Below are positions 50,880-60,607 of a DNA stretch of 64,000 nt, piece by piece. The translations under genes were made by a program, and so were the position numbers. Within the stretch, counting starts at the first letter, position 1. The number at the start of each line of letters is the position of its first letter. The notes beneath the pieces were generated by a model. That model saw nothing but the letters and a program-made list of their open reading frames with translations. It was not told the origin of the DNA and did no database searches. Origin of the DNA: Heptranchias perlo (lineage: Eukaryota); assembly GCF_035084215.1 (NCBI RefSeq), contig NC_090332.1, positions 36,022,001 through 36,086,000 of the forward strand. The letters are read 5' to 3'.

Positions 50880-53177
50880 CTAATTGCCCTCGAGAAGGTG
50901 GTGGTGAGCCGCCTTCTTGAACCGCTGCAGTCCGTGTGGTGACGGTTCTCCCACAGTGCTGTTAGGAAGGGAGTTCCATGATTTTGACCCAGCGACAATG
51001 AAGGAACGGCGATATATTTCCAAGTCGGGATGGTGTGTGACTTGGAGGGGAACGTGCAGGTGGTGTTGTTCCCATGCGCCTGCTGCCCTTGTCCTTCTAG
51101 GTGGTAGAGGTCGCGGGTTTGGGAGGTGCTGTCGAAGAAGCCTTGGCGAGTTGCTGCAGTGCATCCTGTGGATGGTGCACACTGCAGCCACAGTGCGCCA
51201 GTGGTGAAGGGAGTGAATGTTTAGGGTGGTGGATGGGGTGCCAATCAAGCGGGCTGCTTTATCTTGGATGGTGTCGAGCTTCTTGAGTGTTGTTGGAGCT
51301 GCACTCATCCAGGCAAGTGGAGAGTATTCCATCACACTCCTGACTTGTGCCTTGTAGATGGTGGAAAGGCTTTGGGGAGTCAGGAGGTGAGTCACTCGCC
51401 GCAGAATACCCAGCCTCTGACCTGCTCTTGTAGCCACAGTATTTATGTGGCTGGTCCAGTTAAGTTTCTGGTCAATGGTGACCCCCAGCATGTTGATGGT
51501 GGGGGATTCGGCGATGGTAATGCCGTTGAATGTCAAGGGGAGGTGGTTAGACTCTCTCTTGTTGGAGATGGTCATTGCCTGGCACTTATCTGGCGCGAAT
51601 GTTACTTGCCACTTATGAGCCCAAGCCTGGATGTTGTCCAGGTCTTGCTGCATGCAGGCTCGGACTGCTTCATTATATGAGGGGTTGCAAATGGAACTGA
51701 ACACTGTGCAGTCATCAGCGAACATTCCCATTTCTGACCTTATGATGGAGTGAAGGTCATTGATGAAGCAGCTGAAGATGGTTGGGCCTAGGACACTGCC
51801 CTGAGGAACTTCTGCAGCAATGCCCTGGGGCTGAGATGATTGGCCTCCAACAACCACTACCATCTTCCTTTGTGCTAGGTATGACTCCAGCCACTGGAGA
51901 GTTTTCCCCCTGATTTCCATGGACTTCAATTTTACTAGGGCTCCTTGGTGCCACACTCGGTCAAATGCTGCCTTGATGTCAAGGGCAGTCACTCTCACCT
52001 CACCTCTGGAATTCAGCTCTTTTGTCCATGTTTGGACCAAGGCTGTAATGAGGTCTGGAGCCGAGTGGTCCTGGCGGAACCCAAACTGAGCATCGGTGAG
52101 CAGGTTATTGGTAAGTAAGTGCCGCTTGATAGCACTGTCGACGACACCTTCCATCACTTTGCTGATGATTGAGAGTAGACTGATGGGGCGGTAATTGGCC
52201 GGATTGGATTTGTCCTGCTTTTTGTGGACAGGACATACCTGGGCAATTTTCCACATTGTCGGGTGGATGCCAGTGTTGTAGCTGTACTGGAACAGCTTGG
52301 CTAGAGGCGCAGCTAGTTCTGGAGCACAAGACTTCAGCACTACAGCTGGGATGTTGTCGGGGCCCATAGCCTTTGCTGTATCCAGTGCACTCAGCCGTTT
52401 CTTGATATCACATGGAGTGAATCGAATTGGCCGAAGACTGGCTTCCGTGATGGTGGGGATATTGGGAGGAGGCTGAGATGGATTATCCACTCGGCACTTC
52501 TGGCTGAAGATGGTTGCAAACGCTTCAGCCTTGTCTTTTGCACTCACGTGCTGGACTCCGCCATCATTGAGAATGGGGATGTTTGCAGAGCCTCCTCCTC
52601 CCGTTAGTTGTTTAATTGTCCACCACCATTCACGACTGGATGTGGCAGGACTGCAGAGCTTTGATCTGATCCGTTGGTTGTGGAATCGCTTTGCTCTATC
52701 TATAGCATGTTGCTTCCGCTGTTTAGCATGCATGTAGTCCTGAGTTGTAGCTTCACCAGGTTGGCACCTCATTTTTCGGTACGCCTGGTGCTGCTCCTGG
52801 CATGCTCTTCTGCACTCCTCATTGAACCAGGGTTGATCCCCTGGCTTGTTGGTAATGGTAGAGTGAGGAATATGCCAGACCATGAGGTTACAGATTGTGC
52901 TGGAATACAATTCTGCTGCTGCTGATGGCCCACAGCGCCTCATGGATGCCCAGTTTTGAGCTGCTAGATCCATTCTGAATCTATCCCATTTAGCACGGTG
53001 GTAGTGCCACACACCACGTTGGATGGTGTCCTCAGTGCGAAGACGGGATTTCATCTCCACGAGGACTGTGCGGTGGTCACTCCTACCAATACTGTCATGG
53101 ACAGATGCATTTGCGACAGGTAGATTGGTGAGGACGAGGTCAAGTAAGTTTTTCCCTCGTGTTGGTTCCCTCACCAC
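50880..53177 (-). CDS. Reverse transcriptase ORF (EN C-terminus, RT, C-terminal domain), 765 codons without a stop
   Basis: [57 protein letters not shown]. Confidence 0.92.
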   Translation of the reverse strand: MVREPTRGKNLLDLVLTNLPVANASVHDSIGRSDHRTVLVEMKSRLRTEDTIQRGVWHYHRAKWDRFRMDLAAQNWASMRRCGPSAAAELYSSTICNLMVWHIPHSTITNKPGDQPWFNEECRRACQEQHQAYRKMRCQPGEATTQDYMHAKQRKQHAIDRAKRFHNQRIRSKLCSPATSSREWWWTIKQLTGGGGSANIPILNDGGVQHVSAKDKAEAFATIFSQKCRVDNPSQPPPNIPTITEASLRPIRFTPCDIKKRLSALDTAKAMGPDNIPAVVLKSCAPELAAPLAKLFQYSYNTGIHPTMWKIAQVCPVHKKQDKSNPANYRPISLLSIISKVMEGVVDSAIKRHLLTNNLLTDAQFGFRQDHSAPDLITALVQTWTKELNSRGEVRVTALDIKAAFDRVWHQGALVKLKSMEIRGKTLQWLESYLAQRKMVVVVGGQSSQPQGIAAEVPQGSVLGPTIFSCFINDLHSIIRSEMGMFADDCTVFSSICNPSYNEAVRACMQQDLDNIQAWAHKWQVTFAPDKCQAMTISNKRESNHLPLTFNGITIAESPTINMLGVTIDQKLNWTSHINTVATRAGQRLGILRRVTHLLTPQSLSTIYKAQVRSVMEYSPLAWMSAAPTTLKKLDTIQDKAARLIGTPSTTLNIHSLHHWRTVAAVCTIHRMHCSNSPRLLRQHLPNPRPLPPRRTRAAGAWEQHHLHVPLQVTHHPDLEIYRRSFIVAGSKSWNSLPNSTVGEPSPHGLQRFKKAAHHHLLEGN

Positions 53178-53763
53178 CTGCCGCAGGCTCGTTCAGTAGT
53201 GGTGCTACCGAGCCACTCTTGGTGATGGACATTGAAGTCCCCCACCCAGAGTACATTTTGTGCCCTTGCTACCCTCAGTGCTTCCTCCAAGTGGTGCTCA
53301 ACATGGAGGAGGACTGATTCATCAGCTGAGGGAGGACGGTAGGTGGTAATCAGCAGGAGGTTTCCTTGCCCATGTTTGACCTGATGCCATGAGATTTCAT
53401 GGGGTCCAGAGTCAATGTTGAGGACTCCCAGGGCCACTCCCTCCTGACTGTATATCACTGTACCGCCACCTCTGGTGGGTCTGTCCTGCCGGTGAGACAG
53501 GACATACCCAGGGATGGTGATGGAAGAGTCTGGGACGTTGGCTGAAAGATATGATTCTGTGAGTATGGCTATGTCAGGCTGTTGCTTGACTCGTCTGTGG
53601 GACAGCTCTCCCAATTTTGGCACAAGTCCCCAGATGTTAGTAAGGAGGACCTTGCAGGGTCGACTGGGCTTGGTGTTTTGCCGTTGTCGTGTCTGGTGCC
53701 TAGTGGTCCGATGCCGGGTGGTCCGTCCGGTTTTATTCTTATTATGACTTTTCGTAGCGAGAT
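53171..53763 (-). CDS. APE-type endonuclease N-terminal part of the same ORF, separated by one frameshifting lesion near 53187
   Basis: TNIWG, LTES, RQDRPTRGGG, YRPP, GDFNVHH. The frame is open from a TAA at about 53766 and contains no ATG. Confidence 0.85.
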
Positions 53764-54019
53764 TTTACAACTGAGTGGCTTGCTCGGCCATTTCAGAGGG
53801 CAATTAAGAATCAACCACATTGCTGTGGGTCTGGAGTCACATATAGGCCAGACCGGGTAAGGGCGGCAGGCTTCCTTCCCTAAAGGACATTAGTGAACCA
53901 GATGGGTTTTTACGACAATCCGGTAGTTTCATGGCCATCATTACTGATACTAGTATTTTAATTCCAGATTTTATTTTTATTAATTGAATTTAATTAATTA
54001 ATTGAATTTAAATTCGCCA

Positions 54020-54113
54020 GCTGCCGTGGCGGGATTTGAACTCATGACTCTGGATTTTAGTCCAGGCCTCTGGATTACTAGCCCAGTAACATAACCACTA
54101 TGCTACCGTACCC
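54020..54113 (-). promoter_or_regulatory. tRNA-Thr(AGT)-like head with a Pol III type 2 internal promoter
   Basis: A box TAGCATAGTGG (54105-54095), anticodon arm CTGGG-CTAGTAA-TCCAG, second arm CTGGA-CTAAAA-TCCAG, B box GAGTTCAAATCC (54043-54032). Confidence 0.85.
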
Positions 54114-54359
54114 TGCAATTAATTCATCTATCTTGTTACGAATGCTCCGTGCATTCAGATAAAGAACTTTTAATTTTGACATTTTACCATTTTTTCCTGC
54201 TTTGACCTTACTTCTTGTTGCACTATTATCGATAAACTCTCTGTCCCTTCTTGCCACACTCTGCTTATCTTTACCCAAGTCACTACACCGTTCTATTGTC
54301 TTAACTTTTCTCATTAGATTTCTAAATTTCCCCTCACCTGACCCCTTCCCCCCTCCTTA

Positions 54360-54720
54360 AGAAAGGGATTAGGGGAGTATTAGGGGAGTATCTCAGAAAA
54401 TATGAAAAAGAACAGTGAAGTATTCTGCAAATATATCAGTATAAAGAGAAATATTAATTGTGAAGTGGGGCCCTGAGAGGATAGTGAGTTAATAAAGAGT
54501 TGTGAGGCTGTGGAATACATTACCAGAGTTAATAATTGAAGCAGAGACCATGGCAACATTTAAGAATAGATTTTACCGGTGGTTAAAGGAAAGGAGAATA
54601 AGGCGTATGGGAACAAAGCAGGCACATGGGATTAGGACTGCTGCTCATGTAGAGGATAAACACTAACACCAACTGCTTGGTCCAAACGGCCTGTTCCTGA
54701 GTTGCAATTTCTGTGTAATT
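54360..54720 (+). mobile_element. Old decayed CR1 3' region
   Basis: gagttgtgaggctgtggaatacattaccagag...gaagcagagaccat...aacggcctgttcctg resembles CR1 3' ends. Confidence 0.55.
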
Positions 54721-55629
54721 CATCATGCCCCAAGCCCTTTTGCAACAAAAAATGGCACAGCTTTAAGGGCTGCCAGCTGTCCTTAATAGCAGCTGACACT
54801 AGATAATGTGGCTCCCGACCCTCGTGGCATTCCCAGCATGTCGTGCACTAAGCGTTGGGATTATTTAAATGAGCTAACCTCACATTATCGGGCAAGGTCA
54901 GCTCTGTGGGGCATACAATGCTTGAGGAGTCCCAGCAGTGCTGCATTAGGACTACATTATCAGCCCTATCATGTAATTGCTTCTCGATTTGCTCTTTTTT
55001 ATACAACCGTTCAGGTGCTACTCAAAGTGGAAGATTACAGTGAGAATTGAAAATGTTAAGCTATTGCTCACAATAAAAGCATCAACTCTGCCTATTCCGA
55101 TGAATTAAATTTTCTGTTTCAATTGATGAGTAAAGTCCTCAATATCAATGTCAGGATCAAAAATTCACAGGCCAAAATTTAAATACTGCATAGTAAGATT
55201 ACAGCACATAACTGATTTCCATAGTTCCTAACTTTATTTTCTAAACTGTGATGCGAATTTTGATGAGGGATATCAGTGTAGAAAAATTGAGCTTTTACTT
55301 ACTTCTGCACCAGTGTAATGTTTCCAGCCACCTTTAAGTGAAGCTGACAATTATTTTCATATGAAGTCAAATTATGTGCTGCCTTCTAACTATGGCAGTC
55401 CTCTGAGAAAAGAAAGCCTTTTTCCCTGGGTGAAATCCAAAGGCGAGTCTCAGTGTATTTAACCTCATAACAGTGTCTCAGTGTATTGTGAAATCACTGT
55501 GAGGACTATAGTGGAATATCACTGCCCAAAGTGTTTGATGCAATTTTTCCCTCATTGATTTAGTTTACAATGATTACTAATTATTTCTGTACTGTTAGGT
55601 CTCAGTCCATAAGAGCTGTTGAGCTGTTT

Positions 55630-55869
55630 CTGTATAATAGCCTAGTGGTTCTGGTACTGGACCAATAATCCATAGGTCATGAATTCAAATCCTACAATAG
55701 CAAGTTGTGAAATTGAATTTAATAAATCGGGTAATTTGTGGGCTAGCACCAGAAAATGACCATTTGTTGGATTGTCATAAAAACTTAATAGGCTCATTAA
55801 TGTTCTTTAGGGAAGGGGACACACCTCCCCTACCTAGTCTGGCCTATATCTGACTCCAATCCCACACTA
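55630..55869 (+). mobile_element. SINE-like copy of the tRNA head and 5' UTR of the 50817-54113 element
   Basis: tagcctagtgg (A box), gaattcaaatcc (B box), ggattgtcataaaaac...ctttagggaagg...tctggcctatatctgactcca, colinear with the reverse complement of 54105-53825; cut by a MITE. Confidence 0.8.
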
Positions 55870-56859
55870 GGGCATGATTCCCACTCGGAGCCGGGAACCC
55901 AGCGCGTGAGCAGATGTTCACATGGGGGACCCGGAAATCAAGTGAGTGCGTCACAATCTGCGATCACAACTCAATTGGAGGTAATTATTTATGTTTCTGG
56001 GTCTCAGAGACTTCAGAGGAGGGGGGGTCGGAAACATCGGGAGGGGAGGGGTCGGAGACATCGCGGAAGAGGGGGGTCGGAGACATCGCGGAGGAAGGGG
56101 CTTCAGTGACATCACGGTGGAGAGGGGTCGGAGACAATGCGGGGGGGGGGGGGGTTCGGAGAAATCGTGGAGGAGGGGAGGTCGGAGAAATTGCGGAGGA
56201 GGGGGGTTCGGTGACATCACAGAGAGGAGAAGGGTCGGAGACATTGCGGAGAGGAGAAAGGTCGGAGACATCGCGGGGGGGGGGGGGGGGGGGTCGGAGC
56301 CATTGTGGAGCAGGGGGGCTCGGTGACATCGAAGGAGAGGGGTTGGAGACATCAGAGGAGAGGGGTCAGTGACATCACAAGAGGGGGGTCGTCTGTGGGG
56401 GTGGTCTACCATGGGGGGTCTCAGCCATCGGTGGAGGGGTCTACCATCGGAGGGGGGAGGGGTTGGCTGATCGCCCCAGGTGAGTTTGTTGGGCCTGGAT
56501 GAAGCACTCTTGCTCCTTCTGGCCCACAAGCAGTGCAATAAAGGCACTCACCTCATGGACCAGCCCTTCTCGCCTCCTCTCGCCTGGCAAGAATCGGAAG
56601 CGATGGGAAATCTGTGCAGATAAGGTTAAATACGTTTTACATTTATAATCCACAAAAAATTAAGTGCCTCAACTATCGCAATGAGATACATTGCCCCTTT
56701 AACAATCCGCCCTCCGGCATTAAGCAGGGATGGGAATTCCGGGTTTTGGATTTCGCAAACATAGAAGTTGGAGCCAGGTTGCAGTCCCACTTTAAAGGTC
56801 TGTTAGTTTTACCTCCCACTCGCCCCAACCCACACATTTTTTGGGGTTAAAATTACCCC
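55870..56859 (+). mobile_element. Harbinger-type MITE with a G-rich ggagacatcg repeat array
   Basis: CTA|GGGCATGATT...AATTACCCC|CTA target duplication; shared conserved block with 34125. Confidence 0.8.
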
Positions 56860-57295
56860 CTATGTGCTTGATTTATGAGAGGGTTGGGGGGGCGTTAAAT
56901 TGGCAAAAATCTGAAACCCGACCCCAACCCACCGTGAACGCGCCTACTTCCCGTTTAACCACGGCGGGTTTGGAGGCGTTCGAGTAACCCGCACTGGAGA
57001 GGCGGCAAAGTGATTAGAATATTTAAATGAGGCTCCTTTCATGAGATTTTAGCAGTGATTTGAAATCAACGCCTCCTGCTAGGGTTTTCCGGGGTTCGGG
57101 AAACTCAGCAGTAAAACAGAGGCGAAATTGAATTTCACTTCATGGGGTTGGTTAAAGGTCAGGTGTCTTGATATGAATAAAGGATCAGTGCTCTCAGCTA
57201 CGTTCTCGGTTCCCTCTGGGGAACGGTTGGTGACAGTACTTGTTGTGAGAGACTTATTTGTACAGTTTGGAGGTGTTCACACAGAGAACCTCAGG

Positions 57296-58440
57296 ATGGG
57301 TAGCACCATGGCTGCTTTAGATTGGATTTCGGACAAGGAAGACAATCAGCATCATCACCAGAAAGGACGTATTGTGGAGGGAGCTGCAGGTGGACAACAG
57401 AGAGGGGAGCAATATAGGGGTCGAGTTCGCAGGAGGCACTACCCAGGTAACAGGGTCTATAGACAGAGGCTGAGCTTCCTTGACCTCTCGGAGGAGCAGT
57501 GCTTCCGAAGGCTGAGATTGTCACATCAGGTGGCCGCAGACATCTGCAGCATCCAAAAGACCTGCTGCCTGCTGGACCTGGTGGCCACGCATTACCAGTG
57601 GCTGTGAAAGTCACCACTGCCCTCAATTTGTTTGCCTCTGGTTCCTTCCAGGGCACTACCAGAGGCATATCGAGGGTCTCTCAGTTGCCTGCACATAAAT
57701 GCATACGGCAAGTGACAGATGGATTGTTTGCCAAGGCTGGGAATTATGTAAACTTCCCCTGTGATGACAATAGCCAGAATGAGGGGAACTCGGATTCGCG
57801 TCTCTGGCTGGCTTCCCACAGGTACAGGATGCCATCAACTGCACACATGTGGCAATCTGAACACTGCCAGATCAACCAGGAGCATTCGTTAACCACAAGG
57901 GATTTCATTCCATCAATGTTCAGCTGATCTGCAACCACAAGGAAAGGTTCATGCAGATCTGTGCTAGATTCCCTGGGAGCTGCCATGAAGCTCTCGTACT
58001 GCAGCAGTCCAACATCCCCGACCTGTTCGTACCTGGAACCATCCTTAAGGGGTGGCTGCTAGGTGACTAAGGATACCTCCTTCAAACTCGGTTGATGACA
58101 CCTCTGAGGAACCCCACCAATGAACCCCAAGAGCGCTACCATGCGAGCCATATGACAATTTGATCTGTCATTGAGCAAGCCATCAGCATGCTCAAGATGC
58201 ACTTCAGGTGCCTGGACAAGTCTGGAGGTGCCCTTCAGTACTCACCAGCGAGGGTCTCTAGCGCAGCAGTGAGGACTAGAGGTGGAGGAGGAACAAATCG
58301 CTCACCACGCTTCATCTAAATGAGGATACCAATGGAGGTGGAGGACAAGGAGGAGGAAGATGACGATGGAGCCCCCAAAGCCAGACCAGTGGATCACATT
58401 GCTGCTCTGGGATGCCCTAATAGCTCAAAGGTTCAATTAG
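57296..58440 (+). pseudogene. Harbinger DDE transposase, multiple frameshifts and stops
   Basis: RVYRQRLSFLDLSEEQC, KVTTALNLFASGSFQ, FPGSCHE, GWLLGD*GY, IEQAISMLKMHFRCLD. Confidence 0.88.
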
Positions 58441-58739
58441 TCAATCACACTGGACCATAGTAATTCTCACATCCCCTGCTCCCACCCTCCAGACCCCACC
58501 CCCCCCACCGCCACCCCCACTGACACAAAGCAGTCCCGTAACCAAACAACCACCCACTTCACATGCACCAGTTGGTCTCAGTCAGTTCATGCCTTCACAA
58601 TCATCACCAAGCAACTGAAAACCGGAGTTGCCACTCAGTAGACAAGAGAAAGTGGTGCAAATTAATACATTTTATGTGAATAAATAAATGAATGAAACTT
58701 ACAAAACATTTTCATAAACACCTATGGTGAACTACAAAG

Positions 58740-60607
58740 CTTTTCTCTTCCTTTCCCTACCGCTCCTACGTGGTTCAACCTTCATGGCTGCAACAGAGGT
58801 GGAGGCAAGCTGCTCTGATCCCTGCTCTGACTTCTGAAATGCTCATGGCCGACAACCTCTGGGTTTTGGGGCCGTGAGGGCCTCGCCAAAGACTGCTCCT
58901 CCTGCACCTGTGCAGTGGTAGTCTCTGCCATAGGTAGACAAGGCAGCATGTCGGGCACTGGTTGAGGGGGGGCAATGGGTGAGATGTGGGAGGGCTTTGA
59001 ATGGAGTTCCCACTTCCACCTCCCCTTTCGCCATCATCCATCTCCTGGACCCGTTGGCACATCACTCCTATCTCTCTGCGGGCGAGCAGCTTGGAGCAGA
59101 ACAGTGATGCCTTGTAAGGCCACGGCTAAGGTATCTGTCATTCTGTTTAAGGTGACAGAAATGTCGGCATCCATAATTTGCATGACCATAGCAATTAAAG
59201 TTCCATGGAGGAGGCCAGTCTATCCATGGAAGATATCCTCACAATGGCCTGCGACATCAATCTGCAAATACTTGAGTTGGACTCCTCCATCCTCTCTACT
59301 ATTGTGGACAGTGTCCCTGGCACATCTGCCAGTACCTCGCAAATTTTCTGTCGCCCCTCTATCACTCTCCTTTTCATTGATGGCCCCTAGGGTTCAGCAT
59401 CTATGTCCAGCTGAGCAGAGCTTGGAGAGGAGTGCGCCCTCCGACACGGACTCTCCACAGCTGTCCCTACCATCACTTTCTGTTTAAGCTCATTTGTGAA
59501 CTGAGATTCACCAGGTGAGAACCCATCTGACTGTCTAACGGGACCCACCAAAGTGCTCGTATCTGCACTGGTGCCTGGTTGGCATGTCTCCTGTGATGCT
59601 GCACCCTCCGAAGGAATGAGTTCCTCTGAGGAATTCTCATCATCACCGGGCAGGGGCTGCTGTTCTTTGTGTGAAGGCGTTGGAGGAGAGAAGAGACGGA
59701 TATGATTTAGTCATGAGAATATAAAAATGTTGCAACTCCACATGATTAAGGTAATCATATTTCACTCGGTGCTGAATTCAAGCCAAGATGACTTAGTCTT
59801 GTAGGAGATTTGGTTCAGATAGATTAATTCTGTCACTCTGCAGCAATGATGTCCCAGTCTCCCCATCTCCTGTGGTTAGGCATGCTGATATGCCGCTTAT
59901 GTCCAAAGCCTTGTGTTCGACATTTGTGAGCTCAACGATCTGAGGTAGTCCACCTCCGGTCCTCTCCCTCTCCCTTGTATTTTATGCTCTCTTCTCCTGC
60001 AAGGGGGCACGACAGACCTATGAGTGATTGTAAGGCGTGTGTGCATCAGATAGATGCAGTGCATTCGGTGAGGGTGACTATCAGCTAGGTTTGTCACGAG
60101 TGGCACTGGCGTGCTTTTGAAGACATGTGCTGAGAATCGGGGGAGCTGACTGAGGTGGTATCACATTACATAAGGATTGGGGTGAGTCGTAGTAGTGGAT
60201 GGAAGAAGGGGGAGGTGAGGAAGTGCATAGAAAGGGAACGATGGTGCTGCAGAAACTTAAGTGGGTGTGAGGAGTGGTGTGAATGGAGTACACTTGACAA
60301 GGCAGAGTAAGGGGGGGGGGGGGGTGGATGCACTACAGGATTATGGTGATTCTGCAACCTTGCACACCTTTCCTGACCTGCTTTGGTCATTAAAACGCTT
60401 CCTGCACTGCATCCAATTGCTCATGATCAAACTCCTGTTGCTTACCTCTTGGGCCACCTCCAGCCATGTCTTCTTTGTTGTGGCAGCAGGTTTTTTTCCC
60501 CTATTGCTGGGGAAGAGGACCCCCTTTCTCGCCCTTACTGCACCCAGCAGTACGTCCAGGGAAGTGTCATTGAATCTGGGTGCAGCCTTTGCCCTCCTTG
60601 ATTCCAT
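58740..60607 (-). pseudogene. Harbinger Myb/SANT-like gene, decayed
   Basis: MESRRAKAAPRFNDTSLDVLL...TWLEVAQEV...WMQCRKRFND in 60341-60607; KRRVIEGRQKICEVL in a later exon matches copy 2. Confidence 0.85.

Larger units (their letters stand above)
50817..54113 (-). mobile_element. Young single-ORF non-LTR retrotransposon (APE endonuclease + RT) with a tRNA-derived 5' head and poly(A) tail
   Basis: Inserted as one block inside the CR1 endonuclease sequence (ctattt|...|tgcaattaattc); head with A/B boxes at 54113-54030; EN and RT ORFs; 3' end gaacgaataaaaaaaaaaaa. Confidence 0.92.
44209..54356 (-). mobile_element. CR1 LINE with near-complete ORF2 (EN+RT), split by two nested insertions
   Basis: Segments 54356-54114 (KLKVLYLNARSIRNKIDELIA), 50816-48852 ([43 protein letters not shown]) and 45090-44209 (C-terminus, TTCTTATG tail) join colinearly. 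Confidence 0.93.

Noticed and set aside
54030-54113. Functional tRNA-Thr gene
   Set aside because: It has a duplicated anticodon arm, a poor acceptor stem and no downstream oligo-T terminator; it is the head of a retroposon.
55906-56547. Gly/Arg- and Pro-rich ORFs
   Set aside because: They derive from the G-rich repeat array inside a MITE.
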